Positions 1-10,053 are shown, numbered from the stretch's first letter. The stretch: DNA of 64,000 nucleotides from Clostridiales bacterium UBA1234 (GCA_002308995.1 DBWQ01000013.1:58765-122764); one strand, 5' to 3'. A program made the numbers and translations. Notes: generated by a model not told the origin, from the sequence alone.

Positions 1-313
1 GGAGGATGAAGAAGCAAAGATTTCTGGTAAAATCGAAACGCTTGATAAAAAGCCTTTAATAGAAGGATCTAAGTTTAAAGGTACTATTGATTGTAAGGTA
101 GGAGAAAATGCTGTCAAAGGCAACTATGACGCAAATAAAGGCTATGATGTAGAAATCACTTCTCATTATAAGTCCTCCTACTCAACAAATGATTCCCAAA
201 CGAGTATGAAATACGAACTCGTTAAACCAGAAAATTTAGAAAATCTTATTAAAATCAAGAAAGCTGTTGTGGCAGATGATGTGGATGATATCCTAGACAT
301 CATTCAAAAATAG
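1..313 (+). CDS. hypothetical protein, C-terminal fragment (5' end outside window)
   Basis: Frame 2 is open from the window edge to TAG at 311-313 (...KKAVVADDVDDILDIIQK*). A hairpin terminator follows. Confidence 0.5.
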   Translation, partial: EDEEAKISGKIETLDKKPLIEGSKFKGTIDCKVGENAVKGNYDANKGYDVEITSHYKSSYSTNDSQTSMKYELVKPENLENLIKIKKAVVADDVDDILDIIQK

Positions 314-333
314 CCTTATCATAGCATACAAAA

Positions 334-361
334 AAGAACCATGCAAATGGTTCTTTTTTTA
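334..361. terminator. bidirectional rho-independent terminator between convergent genes
   Basis: Stem-loop aagaaccat/gcaa/atggttctt with an A-run on the left and a T-run on the right. Confidence 0.75.
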
Positions 362-375
362 TGTGTTTTAAAGTC

Positions 376-3300
376 TTACGTTAAATCTTCCGGCAAAATA
401 TTTAATAAGGATTCTTTATCTAAAACTCCTGACTTAGCAAGTCTTAATGCTTGTGTGTTTAAAGAACGTTCAAAAACATTTCGAACATATCTTCCATTAC
501 CAAAACGAACATCTCTTTTCGCCTCTGTTAACATTTCTCTAAGCTTCTGAACTGCTTCTTCTGTTAAATGATAACCATTTTTAGCATACATTTTTTCTGC
601 AATAATAAGAAGCTGTTCTACGGTATAGTCTTCAAACTCAACGATATTAGGGAACCTCGAAACCAAGCCAGAGTTAGCATCCATAAAATCTGTCATTTCT
701 TTACTATATCCCGCAAGAATCACTACCAATTTATCTCGATTATCATCCATAAGCTTAATCAGTGTATCAATGGCTTCTTTTCCAAAATCATTTTCGCCAC
801 CTTGTGTTAACGAATACGCCTCATCAATAAACAAAACACCTCCAAAGGCCTCTTTTACCTTCTCGGTAGTTTTCATTGCTGTTTGACCAATATAGCCTGC
901 TACAAGACCTGCTCGATCTGTTTCAACCAATTTGTTGCTAGAAATGACGCCTAATTTGTTTAGTAAATTTGCTACAATTCTAGCCATCATAGTTTTACCA
1001 GTACCAGGATTTCCTTTAAATATCATGTGAAGAGATTGCTCTGTATTTACCACCATGCCTAATTTTTTACGTTCATTCATAATTTGAATTCTCGCAGCTA
1101 ACATTCTAATATAATTTTTCACAGTTTCTAATCCAATGATGTTCTCAAATTCTTTTTCATAATCGAAATTAGTTTCTTCCATTTCTTTCGTCTTACCAAC
1201 ATCCTCTGGTAAAATCATATTGACATCACCAATTTCGACATCTTCTTTACTTGCAATTCTCGTACTTTGTGTTCTAATAATTTCATCAATTAAATTACGC
1301 ACCATTCTTGCGTTTCCTGGATGTGTAGTTGCTGTTTTCATCGTATATAGTATTTTATCTTTAGCGGCTTCTCGAGCCTCTGGTGAAACTTTAAAGCCTC
1401 TCTTCTCAACCATCTTATCAAAGATGAGCATTAATTCTTCAACAGAATAATCTTCAAAATCAAGTCGAATTGGAAAACGAGATTCTAATCCAGAATTTGC
1501 TCTTAAGAAATCTGTCATCTCTTTATTATAACCAGCCAAAATAACCACAATTTCACCACGATGGTCTTCCATAAGTTTTACAAGCGTATCGATGGCTTCT
1601 TTTCCAAAATCGTTATCCCCACCACCAGATAAGCTGTATGCTTCATCAATAAAAAGTACTCCACCAAGTGCGGAATCAAATACTGCAGTTGTTTTTGGCG
1701 CTGTTTGACCTATATATTCTGCCACCAAATCGCTACGTGATGCTTCAATCATTTGACCATTTCTTAAAAATCCCATATCTTTTAGCATAGTTGCTACAAG
1801 CCTTGCTACTGTTGTCTTACCCGTTCCCGGATTACCCATAAAAATCATATTCAGTGATTGGGTCACATCCGCATCAATTCCCAAGTTCTTACGTTTTTCT
1901 GCTGCTTTTAAGATAGCATATTGTTTTCTTAGTAGTTCCTTGACGTTATTCAAGCCAATAATTGTTGCAAGCTGTTCTTCTAAGTCAAATGTTTTTTCTT
2001 TTGGCAAATCAAAATCTACTAAACGAAGCAAAGAATACTCCACTTCATTTTCTTTAACAACTCTTACAGACTGATTGGCAATCGCAGTTTCTACCACATT
2101 TCTTACTAATCTACCATTACCATTTGGATTCTTACCACTAAATGTTTTACTCTCAAAATAAGCAACCAGTGGTTCATAACAATTTGCTTCAATTTCATAC
2201 TCGCTTCTTTTAGCAATGCTCTCCGCAATCAAATACATGTCTTCTGGAGAATAATCAGCAAACTCAATAAAGTTTGGAAATCTTGATTTAAGTCCCACAT
2301 CTTTTCTTAAAAGTTCTTCCATCTCGTCCTTGTAACCCGCCATAATCACAACCAAGTTTTCTCGATTATCTTCAATGAGTTTGACAAGAGTATCTAGTGC
2401 TTCTCTACCATAATCATCACTATCAGAATTTAATAAGGAATACGCCTCATCAATAAACAAAATCCCCCCCATTGCTTTGTTGACAACAGCAGTGGTTTTA
2501 TAAGCAGTTTCTCCGGAATAATTACCGACTAAGTCTGCCCTACTTACCTCTACCAAATGGCCTTTTTCAAGCATTCCAAGGGCATTTAAAAACTCTGCTA
2601 CAATTCTCGCTATGGTTGTTTTACCAGTACCAGGATTGCCTGTAAAAATCATATTGAGTGGTAATGGTGCCACCTTCATGCCAGCTTTTTCTCTTAATTT
2701 TTGAGCTTTAATGTTGTCTTCTAACTTATATAAATAGTCTTTGACTTCTTTTAGCCCTATCACGCCACTTAGTTTTTCTTTGACTGCTTTTAATCGATTA
2801 GCAAGACGAATATCTTCTTCATCCTCTAAGAAAGTAAATTGTCCATCAATCCCTATTGCCAATTTTTCTTCTAATTGCGTAATGACAATATCACTTTTTT
2901 CCGTAATTTTTCCTTTAATTTTATACTCTGAAACCGGCTTAAAAATACGATTTTCAATAAACAAACTAATTCCCTTGATTCCTGAAGAAGATTGATACAA
3001 ATGATTGAGCATTGTTTCTAATTGCTCTGTTGTCTTGATGGTAATCGCAAGTTCTTTTTGGCACCTTTCTGTAAGTTTGGTAAGCATCATTTTAATCATT
3101 TGACTAATTTCTTCTGGTGTAAATTCAGGAATCGTAATGATTTCTTTCATCTTATCAAACACATCTGGCGTAACAACTTCTTTAAACTCCTCTTGCGTTT
3201 GATTCGTTATAAATACATAATATTCTCCTTTTGGCTCTACTTTAATAACACCTTTTGGAGTTCCAATTTCAATTTTATTTTTTTCACATACTGTTGTCAC

Positions 3301-4269
3301 AAATTTCTTGCAAGCATCCGCAGCAAGGTCAAAATTTTCAAATACAAACACGGCATTTTTTTGATTAATACCTTCAATAAAACCGGTGACAAAATTTCCA
3401 AAAGACTCTTCTTTTTTGTACTTGATGAAATCAAAAGTTTTGATACCGCCTTTCACTAAGTCATGCTCTTTAAGACCTTTTAAAATCACCTCAATTACTT
3501 CTTTGGCAAAAATCGTTTCAATAGAGAAAATAGGAACTATATTTTTAATTGGCTTTTTTTCTTCCTTCATCACAAAAGGTCGTTTAAAGGCAGTGATAAA
3601 ATCATCTACAAATTCTCTCTTAGAGTACTTTTCATTGATTTCTTGTTTGATATCATCAAATATTTGATCAATATTCTGCTCTTTCTTTGCCTTTTGCTCT
3701 GCCAGTTTCTTTTCTTCTTCTGGATTATAAATCTTTTTAAATCGATTTTCATCGATACGAAATTGCATCTTAAAATTCTCAATAATTTTCTCATTTTCTT
3801 CGGTTAATGGTCCACCCTTTTTCATAAAGCGGATGATGAGTTTTAAGGTGTTATTCTCAATTTGCTCTTGCTCTGCCATAGGAAGTGAACCACAAGATTC
3901 GTCAATGACAGTCTTTAAACGAGAGATATAGTTTTTGACATTTTCATGTCCAAAGGAAAACCCCTTTTTGCTCTCTTTTTCGTATAGCCTTGTTAAGTAT
4001 TCATATTGTTTCCTGGTTAAATTTTGGTCCTTTAAAAAATCCTCATAAAGACCTCTAAACACTTCTGGGTTTCCTTCATAGGATCTAACAATATTGGCAA
4101 AGATACCTGTAAAACAAATCGTAAGATCCTGAGGCATTTCATCTGCCTTATATATTCCATTTCCTTGTACTCTAAGTAGTTGTCCACAGCGAGGACATTT
4201 AAAAGTATTGAATCTTGGAAGTGTTTTATACTCTGCCGAACAATAAGGACATGAATATGTTTTTGCCAT
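376..4269 (-). CDS. zinc-ribbon protein with three tandem CbbX/SpoVK-type AAA+ ATPase modules (1297 aa)
   Basis: N-terminal CPYC..(16)..CPRC zinc ribbon. Three Walker A motifs GNPGTGKTT (DNA near 2617-2645, 1813-1839, 990-1016). Each is followed by (G)GxLFIDEAYSL Walker B and a VVI(M/L)AGY..EM......GL.SRFP motif typical of the SpoVK/CbbX/EccA clade. Confidence 0.9.
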   Translation of the reverse strand: MAKTYSCPYCSAEYKTLPRFNTFKCPRCGQLLRVQGNGIYKADEMPQDLTICFTGIFANIVRSYEGNPEVFRGLYEDFLKDQNLTRKQYEYLTRLYEKESKKGFSFGHENVKNYISRLKTVIDESCGSLPMAEQEQIENNTLKLIIRFMKKGGPLTEENEKIIENFKMQFRIDENRFKKIYNPEEEKKLAEQKAKKEQNIDQIFDDIKQEINEKYSKREFVDDFITAFKRPFVMKEEKKPIKNIVPIFSIETIFAKEVIEVILKGLKEHDLVKGGIKTFDFIKYKKEESFGNFVTGFIEGINQKNAVFVFENFDLAADACKKFVTTVCEKNKIEIGTPKGVIKVEPKGEYYVFITNQTQEEFKEVVTPDVFDKMKEIITIPEFTPEEISQMIKMMLTKLTERCQKELAITIKTTEQLETMLNHLYQSSSGIKGISLFIENRIFKPVSEYKIKGKITEKSDIVITQLEEKLAIGIDGQFTFLEDEEDIRLANRLKAVKEKLSGVIGLKEVKDYLYKLEDNIKAQKLREKAGMKVAPLPLNMIFTGNPGTGKTTIARIVAEFLNALGMLEKGHLVEVSRADLVGNYSGETAYKTTAVVNKAMGGILFIDEAYSLLNSDSDDYGREALDTLVKLIEDNRENLVVIMAGYKDEMEELLRKDVGLKSRFPNFIEFADYSPEDMYLIAESIAKRSEYEIEANCYEPLVAYFESKTFSGKNPNGNGRLVRNVVETAIANQSVRVVKENEVEYSLLRLVDFDLPKEKTFDLEEQLATIIGLNNVKELLRKQYAILKAAEKRKNLGIDADVTQSLNMIFMGNPGTGKTTVARLVATMLKDMGFLRNGQMIEASRSDLVAEYIGQTAPKTTAVFDSALGGVLFIDEAYSLSGGGDNDFGKEAIDTLVKLMEDHRGEIVVILAGYNKEMTDFLRANSGLESRFPIRLDFEDYSVEELMLIFDKMVEKRGFKVSPEAREAAKDKILYTMKTATTHPGNARMVRNLIDEIIRTQSTRIASKEDVEIGDVNMILPEDVGKTKEMEETNFDYEKEFENIIGLETVKNYIRMLAARIQIMNERKKLGMVVNTEQSLHMIFKGNPGTGKTMMARIVANLLNKLGVISSNKLVETDRAGLVAGYIGQTAMKTTEKVKEAFGGVLFIDEAYSLTQGGENDFGKEAIDTLIKLMDDNRDKLVVILAGYSKEMTDFMDANSGLVSRFPNIVEFEDYTVEQLLIIAEKMYAKNGYHLTEEAVQKLREMLTEAKRDVRFGNGRYVRNVFERSLNTQALRLAKSGVLDKESLLNILPEDLT

Positions 4270-4339
4270 ACTTTTCCCTCCTTAAAAATTACACATTCAT
4301 TATATCAAAAAAACATAAAACTGAAAATAGATTTATGCT

Positions 4340-5908
4340 CTATTCTTCCTCTTTTTCTAAAATGGCTTTGGCACATTTGATGCCATCAACTGACGCCGTC
4401 ATAATACCGCCTGCATAACCTGCACCCTCACTACATGGATATAATCCCTTGATATTCGATTCATAGTTTTCATCTCTTACAATTCTTACAGGAGAGGAAC
4501 TCCTTGTCTCTACCCCTATTAAGACTGCATCGTGACTTGCAAATCCTTTGATTTTTGTATCAAAAAATCGTAATCCTTCCGCTAAGGTTTGTGTTACGTA
4601 ATCAGGAAAAATACTAGACAGATTACTTGGTGTGACTCCTGGTAAGTATGTTGGCTTAACACTCCCTATCGTTTCTGATTTTTTACCGCTTAAAAAATCA
4701 CCCACCAATTGTATTGGCGCAAAATAATTGTTTCCTCCAAGTTCAAAGGCTGCTTTTTCAAGTTTTTCTCTAAAATACAAACCTTCTAATGGAGAATCTC
4801 CCGGAAAGTCCTCTGGTGTCAAATTCACCAGTAGTGCACTATTTGCGTTTTCTCCTTCACGCTTAAAATAACTCATTCCATTCGTCACAACAGTGTTTTC
4901 TTCACTAGAAGAAGCAACTACCACACCTCCAGGGCACATACAAAACGTATAGCATGCCCTGTCTTTGCCGTGATAAGCAAGTTTATATTCTGCGGGAGGG
5001 AGATTTAATTTTGTTTTGGTACCATACTGCGATTCATTAATCAGTTTTTGATGATGCTCAATACGAACTCCCACTGAAAAATTCTTTTTCTCCATTTGAA
5101 TTCCCTTCTCATAAAGCTTTTGAAAGGTCTCCCCAGCACTATGTCCAATGGCTAGAAGTACCGCATCGGTTTCAAATTCTTTTCCACTTTGGCACACTAC
5201 CTTTTGAATGTGATGGTTTTCTACCACAAAATCTACCACTTTTTCACCAAAGTAAAACAAGCCACCTAGCCTAATGATTTCTTCACGCATATTTTTAACA
5301 ATGAAACGTAAGTGATCTGTTCCAATGTGCGGCTTTGCTGTGTATAAAATTTGTTCAGGAGCACCAAAATGATAAAAATCATGAAGCACTTTTTGACATA
5401 GAGGATCATTCACACCTGTGGTTAATTTTCCATCCGAAAATGTTCCAGCCCCACCTTCACCAAATTGCACGTTAGAAGTTGTATGTAAAATGCCTTCCTT
5501 CCAAAACAATTCCACTTCTTTTTGCCTTTCTTCGACAGGACTTCCTTGTTCAATTACAATAGGTCTTGCACCATATTGTGCAAGTGTTAATGCTGCAAAA
5601 AGACCTGCAGGACCAGCTCCTACAATAATAGGGCTTACGGTATTCTTACGATTCACCATGATTTTTAATTCTTCAAATGATTGAAGGGAAACCTTCTCAA
5701 ACTGTGGATACTTTGATTCGTTTTCTACCAATAAATCTAAGGTATATACATAACAAACATCATTTTTATTTCGCGCATCCACTGATTTTTTGAAAATGCG
5801 AAAATCTTTGACATCTTCTTGATGAATTCTATTTTTTTGACAAGCAAATGCTAATAATTTCTCTTTGCTAAAATCTTCTCTTACCTTTAAATCACGTATT
5901 CGTATCAT
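4340..5908 (-). CDS. FAD-dependent oxidoreductase (COG2509-like NAD(FAD)-utilizing dehydrogenase)
   Basis: 522-aa ORF with dinucleotide-binding motif IVGAGPAGLFAALTLAQYG. Length and layout are typical of this family. Confidence 0.8.
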   Translation of the reverse strand: MIRIRDLKVREDFSKEKLLAFACQKNRIHQEDVKDFRIFKKSVDARNKNDVCYVYTLDLLVENESKYPQFEKVSLQSFEELKIMVNRKNTVSPIIVGAGPAGLFAALTLAQYGARPIVIEQGSPVEERQKEVELFWKEGILHTTSNVQFGEGGAGTFSDGKLTTGVNDPLCQKVLHDFYHFGAPEQILYTAKPHIGTDHLRFIVKNMREEIIRLGGLFYFGEKVVDFVVENHHIQKVVCQSGKEFETDAVLLAIGHSAGETFQKLYEKGIQMEKKNFSVGVRIEHHQKLINESQYGTKTKLNLPPAEYKLAYHGKDRACYTFCMCPGGVVVASSSEENTVVTNGMSYFKREGENANSALLVNLTPEDFPGDSPLEGLYFREKLEKAAFELGGNNYFAPIQLVGDFLSGKKSETIGSVKPTYLPGVTPSNLSSIFPDYVTQTLAEGLRFFDTKIKGFASHDAVLIGVETRSSSPVRIVRDENYESNIKGLYPCSEGAGYAGGIMTASVDGIKCAKAILEKEEE

Positions 5909-6047
5909 ATAATTCTCCTTTTCTTCTATCAGAATTGTATCATAAAAGAAACAAACCGTAAAGAGATGGAAAAGTAAATCTATCCAAGCGGTAGTGAGGA
6001 AAAGCCCTATTTTTCCCTAAATAGCGTGGCTTTACAATTTCTTACAG

Positions 6048-6076
6048 TTGATTTTTTATGTGAAGTATGATATGAT
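6048..6076 (+). promoter_or_regulatory. putative sigma-A promoter for the transglutaminase-like lipoprotein gene
   Basis: TTGATT (6048-6053), 17-nt spacer, TATGAT (6071-6076). The AAGGAG RBS lies ~30 nt downstream. Confidence 0.45.
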
Positions 6077-6115
6077 ACGCAAAAATCATTTTAATAAAAA
6101 TAAGGAGATTTCCTC

Positions 6116-7084
6116 ATGCAACATAGACGACATTCCTGGCTCGTATGTTTATTTCTCACTATCATGCTTACCTCATGTTATCTTAGACCTAGCACTTCTT
6201 CAGTAGAAAGTTCAACAGCTCGTTTCATCCAAAGTCGAACAGTTTCTCCAGAGAATATGGTATACCTCTCGTTTGCTGATACAACTTACTCGTATGACTT
6301 CGGCTTTGAATACTGGGACATCTTATCTGAACAAGGCAAAATGTTTTATGATGCCATGTGGAACTTCAAGTTTAAACCCCGCGAAGCATACCAGTCAAAT
6401 CTTTATCACTATAGTCCTGCAAACACTTTTGACTTAGCTGCTTATCTAGAAGCCCAAAAACTATTATACCTAGATCATCCCGAAAAAGAATTAGAATCCT
6501 TATGGAATATGAGTTTTTCTTTTTATTCTGGTGAAGAAGACTATTGCAACTGGGGACTTTGCTCACTCATTGAAGAAAAAGAATATGTATCCATGATGAC
6601 TAGAATCAATCTAGAAATCTCCAACCTTGTTTACAAAGTTAAGAAAGAACCAATTAAGCGGGAAAAATATCAACTCATTCATGACTGGATTATTGCTAAT
6701 GTCAAATATGATTATGAATATTATCAAAACTGCCTCTCACCGGAGACGAAGCAATTTCTCAACCCTGAAAGTGCCAATATCTATGGAGCTATTGTGAATA
6801 AATTAGCCGTCTGTGATGGGATTTCTGATGCATTTAAGTATATTTGCAATCAGTGCCATTTGGAATGTATTTCTGTTGGTGGTTACTTTCCGAATCCTAA
6901 CTTAGATGATAGCATTTCCCTAGGACATCAATGGAATCTTGTTTATGACCAAAAATGGTACCTTGTCGATTGTACATTTGACTTGGATTCCGACCCTTCT
7001 TTAAAGTACTTTATGGCAGATATGCATATCGACAATAGAATATCCAATTACCCTCTTGAAGATTATCTTAAAAAAGACTCGTAA
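6116..7084 (+). CDS. transglutaminase-like (Cys-His-Asp) domain lipoprotein
   Basis: Signal peptide with lipobox LTSC. Catalytic-core pattern AVCDGISDAF...GHQWNLV...WYLVDCTFD. AAGGAG RBS upstream. Confidence 0.8.
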   Translation: MQHRRHSWLVCLFLTIMLTSCYLRPSTSSVESSTARFIQSRTVSPENMVYLSFADTTYSYDFGFEYWDILSEQGKMFYDAMWNFKFKPREAYQSNLYHYSPANTFDLAAYLEAQKLLYLDHPEKELESLWNMSFSFYSGEEDYCNWGLCSLIEEKEYVSMMTRINLEISNLVYKVKKEPIKREKYQLIHDWIIANVKYDYEYYQNCLSPETKQFLNPESANIYGAIVNKLAVCDGISDAFKYICNQCHLECISVGGYFPNPNLDDSISLGHQWNLVYDQKWYLVDCTFDLDSDPSLKYFMADMHIDNRISNYPLEDYLKKDS

Positions 7085-7105
7085 AATATTTACGAGTCTT
7101 TTTTG
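7074..7105 (+). terminator. rho-independent terminator
   Basis: aagactcgtaaa/ata/tttacgagtctt hairpin overlapping the stop codon, followed by a T-run. Confidence 0.8.
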
Positions 7106-7141
7106 GGGTAAAAGTTTAAGCTAGGGATATCCCTTCTAATT

Positions 7142-7945
7142 TTATCCTCTCATTACCATCGCATTACCAGATTCATAATGATTTAAAGCAGCCTTGGTTG
7201 CAAGTATAGTAAGCAAAATATATGCACATGCCGCAATCAACAAAATAAGTAAATGTACTGGTGCAAAAGTACCTATAAAATGAATTGGTACGAATGAAAC
7301 ATATCCTGCTGGAATGATGGTATAGATTAAAAACTTAATTAATCCACCATAAATTTGCTCTGGGTAAGACGAAAATGTTACCAAAAGTGTGTAGTAATAT
7401 ACACGTGAAATATTTTCGGTATCCCCCACCCACACTGTTAAAAGCTTAATTAACGTGTTCGTGCAGATGTAGAAAATCGAGCAGAAAATACCAATCATAA
7501 TGAGTATTACATACTTTCCGATGTTTCCCTCAACTGCTACAAAACCAACAATTAAACCATATAGCAAATCTCCAAAACCACTAAAATCTGATGAAGATGA
7601 AGCAACGTTCATGATGATATTTTTAGGCTGGATTAAATAGGTATCGAAAGTACCTTCTAAAATGTATTTTCCTAAGTCCTTCGCACCACCAAATAAGAAA
7701 TTGGCAATACCATAGGCAATCGTTGAGAAAGACCATAGGTAGCAAATATCTTTCATCGTTAGTCCATGGATTTCATCTCCATTAACACGAAATACCGTGA
7801 TCCAGAATATCATAAAGAAAAAGTTATTGATCATCATGAAAACTACTTGAATCACAAAGCTTTTACGATACTCCATTGCCGAAAGCAAATTACACTTCAT
7901 ATTTAATTTTAAAAATCTTAAAAATTTTTTAGCCGCCGTTAGCAT
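7142..7945 (-). CDS. ABC-2 family transporter permease
   Basis: 267-aa polytopic membrane ORF. It overlaps the upstream permease by 17 nt, in an operon with the ABC ATPase. Confidence 0.8.
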   Translation of the reverse strand: MLTAAKKFLRFLKLNMKCNLLSAMEYRKSFVIQVVFMMINNFFFMIFWITVFRVNGDEIHGLTMKDICYLWSFSTIAYGIANFLFGGAKDLGKYILEGTFDTYLIQPKNIIMNVASSSSDFSGFGDLLYGLIVGFVAVEGNIGKYVILIMIGIFCSIFYICTNTLIKLLTVWVGDTENISRVYYYTLLVTFSSYPEQIYGGLIKFLIYTIIPAGYVSFVPIHFIGTFAPVHLLILLIAACAYILLTILATKAALNHYESGNAMVMRG

Positions 7946-8702
7946 TGATCTTTCTCACCCCTTTCTTAAATAACATAGCGGATACGATTGACAAAGCAAA
8001 TACCCACATTACTTGCATTCCAAGAAGCATTGCTATGCTTCTTACATCATCAAACTTAACTAAAATTCTTGCTGGCACGTATTCAATATACGATGTTGGA
8101 ATCAAAAGTAAAAACTTTTGCACCCAGCTAGGATAAAACTCAAGAGGAACAAATACTAGTAAGAATTGTAGCTTTTGACAGATCAGCCATAGTGACTTTA
8201 CCTCTTCCATCGTGAATGCAACAAGCCCTAAGATTAGCTGCATGATTGTTCCAATCAAAATGGAAAAAAGTACACTGATGATAATAAGTCCTAGTTGCAT
8301 TCTTGTAATGGTAATCTTACCACCAAGCATGAATCCAAGCACAAATAAGCCAATTAAATTAATTCCAATCTTAACTAAATTAGCACTTTCTTCTGCCATA
8401 AAATATAATGGATAATGAATTGGCTTTACTAATAAATTAGCAATCGTACCATCCTTTACTTTCTCTGAAACTTTTTTATACCCTTGTGAAATCGAGTAGG
8501 TAACAAACTCTGCCATAATGATGTACCAAATAAGCTCTTGCCTTGTGTAACCTGCTGCAGTTCCATCTTTTAAAATAAAATCCCATAGGGAATTAAAAAC
8601 CCATACGTGAACAAAAAATGAAATCAGCTGAAAAAAATAGTCAAGCATAAATGTCGTATTCATTTTGAGTCCATATTTAAAAATTGTGAAGTATTTTCGC
8701 AT
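7929..8702 (-). CDS. ABC-2 family transporter permease
   Basis: 257-aa polytopic membrane ORF directly downstream of the ATPase gene. Confidence 0.8.
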   Translation of the reverse strand: MRKYFTIFKYGLKMNTTFMLDYFFQLISFFVHVWVFNSLWDFILKDGTAAGYTRQELIWYIIMAEFVTYSISQGYKKVSEKVKDGTIANLLVKPIHYPLYFMAEESANLVKIGINLIGLFVLGFMLGGKITITRMQLGLIIISVLFSILIGTIMQLILGLVAFTMEEVKSLWLICQKLQFLLVFVPLEFYPSWVQKFLLLIPTSYIEYVPARILVKFDDVRSIAMLLGMQVMWVFALSIVSAMLFKKGVRKINANGG

Positions 8703-8749
8703 GTTTTGCCTCCTTTCTTTTGTTTTGTATTAAGAATGATTTTCATGTT

Positions 8750-9709
8750 TTAAGCCTTCGTGTAAATATCGTAAATTACTTTTTCTAGTGAAACATCTTT
8801 ACTTTCTACATCCAATACGGTTCCATAAGACATAAGCTCTGCCAGGATATCCGCCATATTCTCTTTGGTTTCATCTACAATAAAAGTAACTTTACAACCT
8901 TCTTTCTTTTGAATAGGATACTTTAATTTTTTACTCTTTATCTCATCGGCATAAGTAAGCGTAACGTATTTTTCTGTTTTGTATTTTTCTTTTAAATTTT
9001 CGATGGTATCATCGGTTACAATGCGTCCTTTATCAATGATAATAATTCGCTTGCAAAGGCTTTCCACGTCACCAATATCGTGGCTAGTTAAAAAGACAGT
9101 TGTATGATTTTTTTGGTTAATCTCTCGAATTAAGTTTCTTACCTTTTCTTTCACCACAATATCGAGTCCAATGGTTGGCTCATCTAAGAAGATAATCTTT
9201 GGCTCGTGAATTAATGCTCCTACAATCTCACAAATCATACGCTGACCAAGCGAAAGCTTTCTAACGGGCGTGTAGATTAAATCTTCGATATCAAATTTTT
9301 TCACTAAATCGTTAATACGTTTTAAGGTGGTTTCTTCATCCAAATCGTAAATAGCACCATAAAGTTTATAAGTATCAATTGCTGGCAAGTGCATCCACAA
9401 GTTGGACTTTTGTCCAAACATACATCCAATTTGGTAGGCAAGCTTTTTCCTTTCTGTAACTGGGTCTAGTGAATTAATCAAAATCTTACCAGACGTTGGG
9501 TGCACGATACCGGTCATCATCTTAATCGTAGTAGATTTACCTGCACCATTTGGTCCAACGAAAGCTACCATTTCTCCTTCATCAATTGAAAAACTAATAT
9601 TCTTAACCGCTTCAAAGGTTTCATATTCTGGTTTTAAAATGCTCTTAAAGCCTTGGCCGGTTTTCTTTTTTTGAAATGTTTTACTTAAATTTTTAACTTC
9701 AATTGTCAT
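8750..9709 (-). CDS. ABC transporter ATP-binding protein
   Basis: Walker A GPNGAGKST, signature LSLGQRM, Walker B IIFLDEPT. AAGGAGG RBS upstream. Confidence 0.92.
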   Translation of the reverse strand: MTIEVKNLSKTFQKKKTGQGFKSILKPEYETFEAVKNISFSIDEGEMVAFVGPNGAGKSTTIKMMTGIVHPTSGKILINSLDPVTERKKLAYQIGCMFGQKSNLWMHLPAIDTYKLYGAIYDLDEETTLKRINDLVKKFDIEDLIYTPVRKLSLGQRMICEIVGALIHEPKIIFLDEPTIGLDIVVKEKVRNLIREINQKNHTTVFLTSHDIGDVESLCKRIIIIDKGRIVTDDTIENLKEKYKTEKYVTLTYADEIKSKKLKYPIQKKEGCKVTFIVDETKENMADILAELMSYGTVLDVESKDVSLEKVIYDIYTKA

Positions 9710-9748
9710 GATTTTTCCTCCTTTTTATGATATTTTTTTGGCTCTATT

Positions 9749-9870
9749 TTGCCCTTATGCGAAGGTCTGTCCCTTTTGGTCGCTAGGTGTACTTTGAAAG
9801 CCTTGCGCGCGAACAACTTTCAAAAATGCCTGCGAACAAAATCCAGCGTCCCTCTTGGTCGCCCTCGGGC
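9749..9870 (-). promoter_or_regulatory. GC-rich candidate structured leader or operator upstream of the ABC-2 transporter operon
   Basis: Locally GC-rich block in AT-rich DNA. Near-identical 15-nt direct repeats gtccc(t/c)tttggtcgc at 9769-9783 and 9848-9862. Internal hairpin tttgaaag...ctttcaaa. Confidence 0.4.
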
Positions 9871-9905
9871 GAAAAAAAACGTTCTTCTTGTTAGAAGAAC
9901 GTTCT
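9871..9905 (-). terminator. rho-independent terminator or attenuator
   Basis: aacgttcttct/tgtt/agaagaacgtt perfect hairpin, followed on the minus strand by T8. Confidence 0.8.
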
Positions 9906-9929
9906 CTAAAAAGGCTACGCCAAAAAACC

Positions 9930-10028
9930 CTAAAATAGATGCATTTTCAGCCTATTTAAGAGATGTTCTTCGTTTTTATTAATTTGATACCACACGGGTA
10001 GAGTATTTTTCGCATCATCTGAATCCAT
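9930..10028 (-). CDS. possible 32-aa leader or small ORF (MDSDDAKNTLPVWYQINKNEEHLLNRLKMHLF)
   Basis: ATG preceded by AAAGGAGGA. It lies between two terminators upstream of the ABC operon. No homology evidence. Confidence 0.25.
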   Translation of the reverse strand: MDSDDAKNTLPVWYQINKNEEHLLNRLKMHLF

Positions 10029-10053
10029 GATTCATTCCTCCTTTTTGACACAT

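Noticed and set aside
3022-3459. Antisense ORFs inside long minus-strand genes. Examples: 3022..3459, 3386..3667, 11646..12194, 29119..29556, 33258..33605, 47748..48056, 61984..62442, and most other plus-strand ORFs in the track between 341 and 49546.
   Set aside because: They lie opposite genes with strong family motifs, lack an RBS, and have low-complexity Ser/Phe/Ile/Leu-rich composition typical of shadow frames in AT-rich DNA.
9749-9982. 77-aa plus-strand ORF in the GC-rich leader region.
   Set aside because: It has no RBS, spans a terminator hairpin and is Arg/Lys-rich filler. The region is better explained as non-coding regulatory sequence for minus-strand genes.
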